A stretch of 64,000 bases of DNA from Caecitellus pseudoparvulus (taxonomy: Eukaryota > Protista > Bigyra: Bicosoecida): assembly GCA_965644315.1 (NCBI GenBank), contig CBFFRQ010000037.1, positions 1 through 64,000 of the forward strand, written 5' to 3'. Made by a program: the position numbers and the translations under genes. Positions 58,260 to 64,000 of this stretch are shown here, piece by piece. How positions within the stretch are numbered: position 1 is the stretch's first letter; every line of letters begins with the position of its first letter. A model generated the notes under the pieces. That model ran no database searches. It had not been told where the DNA came from and saw only the letters and a program-made list of their open reading frames with translations.

Positions 58260-60939
58260 ATGGAGGGGCTGCACAGAGCCCCACGCTCGGCGCGCACTGT
58301 GCCTGCTGCGGGGTTATCTCCAGCCCACCCGTTGGCTGCCACGCTCAGCGCAAGCAGCACGGCAGCACCCGCCTCGGCGCACTCCCAGGCGAGCAGTGGG
58401 ACAGTATCGTCGACTGGGCACGCACATGCACGCCCTGCGCCCAGCCCTGGCTTCGGCACAGCGGCTGCAGCGCCGGTGCCTGGCATGGCCGCAAGCGACG
58501 TGAAAGCTGTGCTGAGCACTATGCAGCGGCTGGAAGCCAAGGTGGACTCGATGGGGGGCGAGTTGGCCGACCTGCGCAGTGAAAATGCCGCCATGCGCGA
58601 AGCCATCATGGGCCTGGCCGTCCTGGAGCCGCTGGCGGCGCGCGTGGAAGCGCTGACAGGCTTGGTGAAGACGCTTGCAGACGGCGGTTTGCGCAGCCAA
58701 GCAGGCGGGGCACAGGCCCTGCCAGCCCTGCCTTCTGGCGCACCAGCCGAAGCACCGCATGAAGGTCCTGCTCCAGGCACCAGCAAGGGCAAATTGAAGA
58801 TCTGGGTGGGCTCGTGGAACGTGGGGGCAGAGGTGCGTGCGGAAATTGCGTGCATGACTCGAGACGCCGCGCCACCACGCCACCCGCCGCCCCGCGCAGG
58901 ACCCCTTTGCCGAGCTGGGGGAGCTGAACCCCGACGACCCACGCCACATGCAGGTCATCACGGAGCAGATGGAGTCCTTTGTCCCTGACGACTGCGACTT
59001 GTACGTTCTGGGCCTGCAGGAGGGCGTCAGCGACAGCGTGTACCAGGCTGTCGCCGCCTACACCGGCTGCTTCCGCCTGCCCCTCATGGCCAAGCTGCAC
59101 CGGGCGAAGGAGACTGCCGGCTCAGGCGTGCGCTCCCGCCGCATGGGGCACGCGGTGAACGTGCAGTCTTTCATCGAGGACTTCGAGGGCGGCGCTGACT
59201 TGCTGCCCGTCTCTGCGGCAGACCAGCTGGACCGCGTGTGGGGACGGGGGGACGGTGCCTTCCTGCGGCAGAAGTTCACCGGCATCGCCGTGTTCGTGCA
59301 CCCCGTCGTGGCGCCGTATGTGCGCCTGCTGGGCGTGTACAAGCACGCCTTTGGCGCCAGCGAAGGCTCCAAGGGGGGTGCAGCAGTGGCACTGGGCGTG
59401 TACGACCAGACACTCGCCTTCGTGAACACGCACATGGCCAGCAAGAAGACAGAGCTGCGGCGGACGCAGTTCGCAGAGCTTGTCACGCGCATGGGCGCCA
59501 AGCTGGGGGGGCGTGGCATGGAGCTGCTGGAGGAGTTCCACCACGTCGTGTGGATGGGGGACCTCAACTACCACGTCGTGGACCTGCCCATTGACGACGT
59601 CCTGAGCGCGCTGCAGGGCGGACGCACGGCGGAGCTGCTGGCGCACCACGACGAGTTGACGGCTGAGAAGGAGGAGGGCAAGATCTTCTGGGGCTTCGTG
59701 GAGCCGGTCATGTCCCCCGACTTCCTGCCCACGTACAAGAAGATCCCCGGGCGAGGGCCCATCGACTACAGCGACCCCTCCTGGCCCGACAAGGTGTACA
59801 ACAGCAAGTACAAGGAGCCCCTGTACAAGGGCGGGCGGGTGGTGGACCGCATCCCCTCCTGGACGGACCGCATCCAGTACCACAGCCTGCCCAGCCGCAT
59901 GGGCACCCTGGCGCCGGAGCTCCTGGACCCCTCCGCACCGGACACCAGCCCCCACAACTACCACGCCGTGAACGACGGCATGGACATCAGTGACCACAGC
60001 CCCGTCTTCGCCACCTTCCAGCTGGACGTCACCATCCAGGACATCGACCAGTCCCTCCTGGACTCCGCCGCTGCGGAGATGGGGGAGCACGGCGACAAGG
60101 ACTGGGCTCACAAGGCGCGCGCCTTTGGCATCAGCGGGCTGCTGGCAGGTGTCACCCCCGACGTGCACCCGTCCCTGCGCCCGCTCGTCGTCCTGCTGCG
60201 TTTCAGCGACGTGCAAGTGGACTTCCGGGGGCAGATGCGCACGCCCCGCGCCGTGTCCGTGATGTTCCCCCTGCCCTTCGAGGACGGCGACGAGCTGCCG
60301 GAACGAGCCAAGGTCGTCCGTGCGGACAAGACCTTCAGCATGGAGGCGCGGTCAGAGACATCGGACCGCCTGACGGGCACCATCAAGTCCATCGTCAGCC
60401 GCGCTGGCCGCCTGCCCCGCCTGCACCTCCTGCTCAAGGTGTCTCTGGACGACAACACCAAGGCGCAGGCGGTGGTGTGCCTGGGAGACACCTCGTTCAC
60501 GGGCCTGGGCACCGCGAAACACACCTTCTTTGCGCCGCTGTCCAGTGCCGGCTTGCCGCTGGTTGGCAAGCACGGCAAGCCCGTCAACGCCACCTTCACC
60601 CTGGAGATGAACGGGCACTACTACACAAACAGCGATTCCACACAGCCTGTCGGTACCACCACCATGGCTGACGGCAGCAGCGTCGGCGGCGCACCTTCCA
60701 GCCCCTCGCGGCAGCCCGTTGACACGCCAGGGCACGAGGCAGGCACAGCGGCAGCTGCAGCAGGTGCTGGGGACGGCAGCAGCACCCCTCTTCGCCAGCG
60801 CATGCGCCCCATGTCCCACTCCATCTCCGGCACGTCAGGAGCCTCCCGTCTGAAGGCGCTGTCGGATTTGTCCTTTTCCACGCGCCGCATGACAGTGGGG
60901 GCTGCGGCAAGCGAGGAGGAAATCGATGTGGATGCGTGA
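58260..60939 (+). CDS. Inositol polyphosphate 5-phosphatase (EEP fold) with N-terminal coiled coil and C-terminal beta-rich (C2-like) domain; 2 exons
   Basis: Intron 58833-58899 (67 nt). Motifs: KIWVGSWNVG, DLYVLGLQE, SKGGAAV, LAFVNTHMAS, WMGDLNY, PTYK, PSWTDRIQY, SDHSPVFATF. The start is uncertain (58203, 58260 or 58485). Confidence 0.9.
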
Positions 60940-61205
60940 CGTGCCGCGTGTGCAATGCATTGCGAGGTGTGAGCGGCAGGATTTGGCGAGGGCCATTTTC
61001 CAGGAGTGGCGCATTGTTGCTCGTTGATGGACGCCATGCCGCCTGTGCTGTGGTTCACCGCAGCAAAGCGCACGCCGCGCCAAAGCCAGGAGCGATTCAC
61101 CGTGCGGAAGTCGGGGCAAGAAGCGGGACACGCCCACGGACGAAGGAGAAAAGAGGACTTGCTCTTGCTAAGCTGAAGCGACGCAAGACTTGGGACAGGT
61201 CAGGC

Positions 61206-63470
61206 ATGGCTGACTACCGCGCCTGGCTGGCAGAGGCGGGCTTGACTGGGCCAGCAAGTATTTCCGCTGTGCCACTCAGTGACTCCGTGCCCACTCAAAT
61301 AGGCGACGTGGAGCTTGGCAGTGCACAATGTGGCCACGAGGAAAGTTCACTGCACTGTGCTTCTGGAGATTCGCTTGCTCTGCGAGCCTTCGCAACGTCT
61401 GCCCGCCTCTCCATCCAGCGAAGGGCAGCTGGCAGTGTGGACTCGTCTGTGCTGTCCAGCACAATGGGCAGCCTTGGCCCCGAGCTGGAAGACGGCATCG
61501 CCCACCTCACGAACACGTTTGCATCCTTCAGCATTACGGGCTCTGACCTGGCCCTCACGGATGCTGAGACACCCTCGGGCCCTGCCTCCTCCCAGCAAGT
61601 GCTGAAGCTGGAAGCTGACACTCGGCGTGGACTGGCCCTGCACCATATAGGCCGCCTGCTCAGCCCTGGGACCCTCAGCTCCACTCAACAGTCCCTGGCG
61701 AGCCCTCCATCGTCCCTGACGAGTTTTAGTTCTGAGGCCCCGTGGGAACGCACGCTCTTCCAGCTAGCAGCCCGCGGCCCGAAGGCAAGTCGCCTTGAAC
61801 TGCCAGCTGGCGGCGATGCGCAACCTAGTGCTAAAAAGGCAGGCCTTCCATCCTTACCGCAAGCAGGTGCAGCTGGAGGGCCAGGTCTGCAAGCGCAAGG
61901 GGGGCACAAGCGAGCTCGCTCAGCGACGCCAGCGCACCTCTCCGCCTCCATCACCACAAGCCAGAGCGATGAGGAGGCCGTGCAGAACCTTGAGCGACTG
62001 CGCCAGCACTTCTCTCGCGTAGTGCGCGAGGCCTCGCCGGAAAGGCACCCTCTGCAAGCACTCGTTGCTGAAATGCGCCGCCAAATTCCCGCAGCTGCCA
62101 AAAGCGGGATGAACGCAGGGCCGGCTCCCTTTCTCCGCCCAGCACCCGCCTTTCAACACCACGGGACCCACGTTGATCCCCTTGCACTGACATGCCTAGC
62201 AGCGGCGCCTCCTGGCCTGCACATTCTGCAGCATGTGTCAGCGACTGTGGTGCAAGCGACAGACATGTGGATTCTCCGAGTCATACTGCTGAGGGAACCC
62301 GGCAGCGAAGCCACATCCCTCTTCTTCTCAGTTAGCACACTGGCCTCCGGAGCGGTGCTGGCTGCGTGCACCGCTGCGATCTCTCCCCCTGGGACCAGCA
62401 AAGTCCTCGGCATTCTGACCTCGCCCAACGCCGTCCAGCAGGCAGTCGTCGCGACGGCATCGAACGTATTCATCATTGACCTGACGCAGCTGCAGATCAT
62501 GCCGCTGCCGGAGAAAGGCCACGCCCATGGCCTGCAGGTGTGGCAGTTGTGCCTGGACGACAGCATGTCCGGGGAACGCGCCGTGCTGCAGACTCCGTCG
62601 GATGAACCGAGAGGGCAGGCAGACGTGTGCTTGCCAGCTCTCTCCCTCGCAGCCTGCACGGGCCCACCGGGCAGCGCCCAAATGGGCCTGGCAGTGGGGC
62701 ACGCGGGAGGCGCAGCGACAGTCTTCATTCTCAGTCGGGGAGGAGCGGGGGACGCGGGGAGTGTCGAAGCGACTGTTCACAGCGTTCAGCCGCCCCCCCA
62801 GCCGCCTCGACATGCCCAGTGCTCACCCCATGCCCTGTCACTGCAGTGGCTGAACGAGGGCCAGGAGCACGAGCCGGTGATTTTGGAGGCCACGCTTCCT
62901 TGTGGGTCCACGTACACAGCCCTTGTCGCACCTGGGCGTCGCCCGCTGCAATCCCACTGGCTGTCCCTGGCCCCAATGCCTGTCATCGGCCTCCCGCCCG
63001 TGCCCAGCCAGGTGCTGCCGGCCCAGTCCCCGACCCTTGCACACACCTCAGGAAGTCTCTTTGGTGCCTCTGTTGAGGACATTCTCCTCAGCAGCAGCGA
63101 TGGGCTGCTGTCCACCTCCATCCCCGCGCTTGGAAACGCGATGCCCCCCAAGACACAGGGAGGAGGGGCGAGCCTTGAAGAAGCTGCCGTATCCACCTCA
63201 AGCTTCCCGATGCGTGATATCGTACCGGCATCGCACCCAGAGATACAGGCTGAAGAAAAGCTGCCACGGGCAAGCTTGGCTCCAACACTGCACACGCAGT
63301 GGGAGCTACTGGACAGCACCTCAGCCGGTCAGACGCTTCATGGGCCTTTGCAAGGCAGTGCGCAACACCTCGGCGCTTCGTTCTTCTTGGCTGACAGCCT
63401 CTCGTCATCCTCAAGCGCCGACGGTGTGCATGGGAAAGCCGTCGGCAAGGCGGACACCGCAGCGACGTGA
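61206..63470 (+). CDS. Hypothetical protein (~750 aa), Ser-rich N-half and possibly beta-rich C-half
   Basis: Long open frame with a first plausible ATG at 61206 (ggcATGG). I recognise no family motif. Confidence 0.55.
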   Translation: MADYRAWLAEAGLTGPASISAVPLSDSVPTQIGDVELGSAQCGHEESSLHCASGDSLALRAFATSARLSIQRRAAGSVDSSVLSSTMGSLGPELEDGIAHLTNTFASFSITGSDLALTDAETPSGPASSQQVLKLEADTRRGLALHHIGRLLSPGTLSSTQQSLASPPSSLTSFSSEAPWERTLFQLAARGPKASRLELPAGGDAQPSAKKAGLPSLPQAGAAGGPGLQAQGGHKRARSATPAHLSASITTSQSDEEAVQNLERLRQHFSRVVREASPERHPLQALVAEMRRQIPAAAKSGMNAGPAPFLRPAPAFQHHGTHVDPLALTCLAAAPPGLHILQHVSATVVQATDMWILRVILLREPGSEATSLFFSVSTLASGAVLAACTAAISPPGTSKVLGILTSPNAVQQAVVATASNVFIIDLTQLQIMPLPEKGHAHGLQVWQLCLDDSMSGERAVLQTPSDEPRGQADVCLPALSLAACTGPPGSAQMGLAVGHAGGAATVFILSRGGAGDAGSVEATVHSVQPPPQPPRHAQCSPHALSLQWLNEGQEHEPVILEATLPCGSTYTALVAPGRRPLQSHWLSLAPMPVIGLPPVPSQVLPAQSPTLAHTSGSLFGASVEDILLSSSDGLLSTSIPALGNAMPPKTQGGGASLEEAAVSTSSFPMRDIVPASHPEIQAEEKLPRASLAPTLHTQWELLDSTSAGQTLHGPLQGSAQHLGASFFLADSLSSSSSADGVHGKAVGKADTAAT

Positions 63471-64000
63471 GATGTGACGCAAATGCAACGCATTTCCACG
63501 ACGCAAGACTCTGGCCAGCAAAGACCATCCTGCAAGGCGTGGGCATACCAGGGGAGGTTGGCAGCCACTCTCGTGCGCTGTCCAAAGTGGGCCCATGCAG
63601 CGCTGGATCAGTCACATGAGCCGGCTGTGAACAACAGTTGATGTTCAAGGCTTGTATTGATGCTGCCTCTGGTTGCGAAAGCATTTGATGGCTCAAGAGG
63701 TCCCCGATCTGATCGATCCAGAGGGGCACCCCCCTCCTCCTGCACAAGCTACATACGTGAGCCAACGCTCAGGCCGTCCTCATCACACGTGATGCCTTCA
63801 TCGCTGTCAAACGTGAGGTCAATAATGACACTTCCGCCTCTGCAGCCTTGGCTGGCATCTTGCCTGGCAGCTTTGCATCCCCCGCGAGCCCGCTCGCGAG
63901 CTGGACGCCGACGCTTGGTCCCACGCCCTCGACGGGCACCTGACATCTGAGAAGTCGAGGGAGGGGTGCAGTCAGTGGATACAGACAATGTCCAAGCGTC

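Noticed and set aside
3172-60216. Numerous long overlapping/antisense ORFs (e.g. 3172-4731, 26747-28108, 34294-35523, 59122-60216)
   Set aside because: Expected stop-poor shadows of GC-rich coding sequence; each overlaps a better-supported gene and lacks family motifs.
63749-64000. Minus-strand ORF with basic stretch and SIM-like VIIDLTFDSDE
   Set aside because: Possibly part of a gene crossing the window edge, but too short and without a supportable exon structure.

Overview
Gene-dense eukaryotic nuclear DNA, GC-rich by eye, with short GT-AG spliceosomal introns (mostly 62-107 nt). It probably comes from a heterotrophic flagellated protist; stramenopile-like is my inference only. There are no prokaryotic operons, CRISPR arrays, rRNA or tRNA genes that I can support. 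About 18 genes can be reconstructed once introns are spliced by hand. Clearly recognisable: PARN, RPL39, DNAAF3, a tandem p25-alpha/TPPP protein, an OMS1-like methyltransferase, glycogen/starch branching enzyme with an extra CBM20-like domain, CDC16/APC6, an inositol polyphosphate 5-phosphatase, a rhomboid-fold+UBA pseudoprotease, an LRR membrane protein and a DDT-WHIM1 chromatin protein. Most notable: (i) a ~5,060-aa secreted mosaic protein with about 8 C-type lectin domains, 2 glycine-rich domains, Cys-rich repeats and more than 12 FN3-like repeats; (ii) a SAXO/MAP6-like protein built from about 20 nearly identical 35-aa units; (iii) four microtubule/flagellar genes within the first 21 kb, including a cryptic p25-alpha-like domain visible only after splicing; (iv) a lower-GC island (~15-18.9 kb) carrying a decayed tyrosine-recombinase gene (DIRS/Ngaro/Crypton type), 397 bp of which is present as a near-perfect inverted copy; (v) two small multi-exon, probably mitochondrial, membrane-protein genes that the ORF track misses. 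All family assignments rest on motif recognition by eye, not database searches. I cannot demonstrate a wholly new biological system; the best candidates are ranked in the findings.
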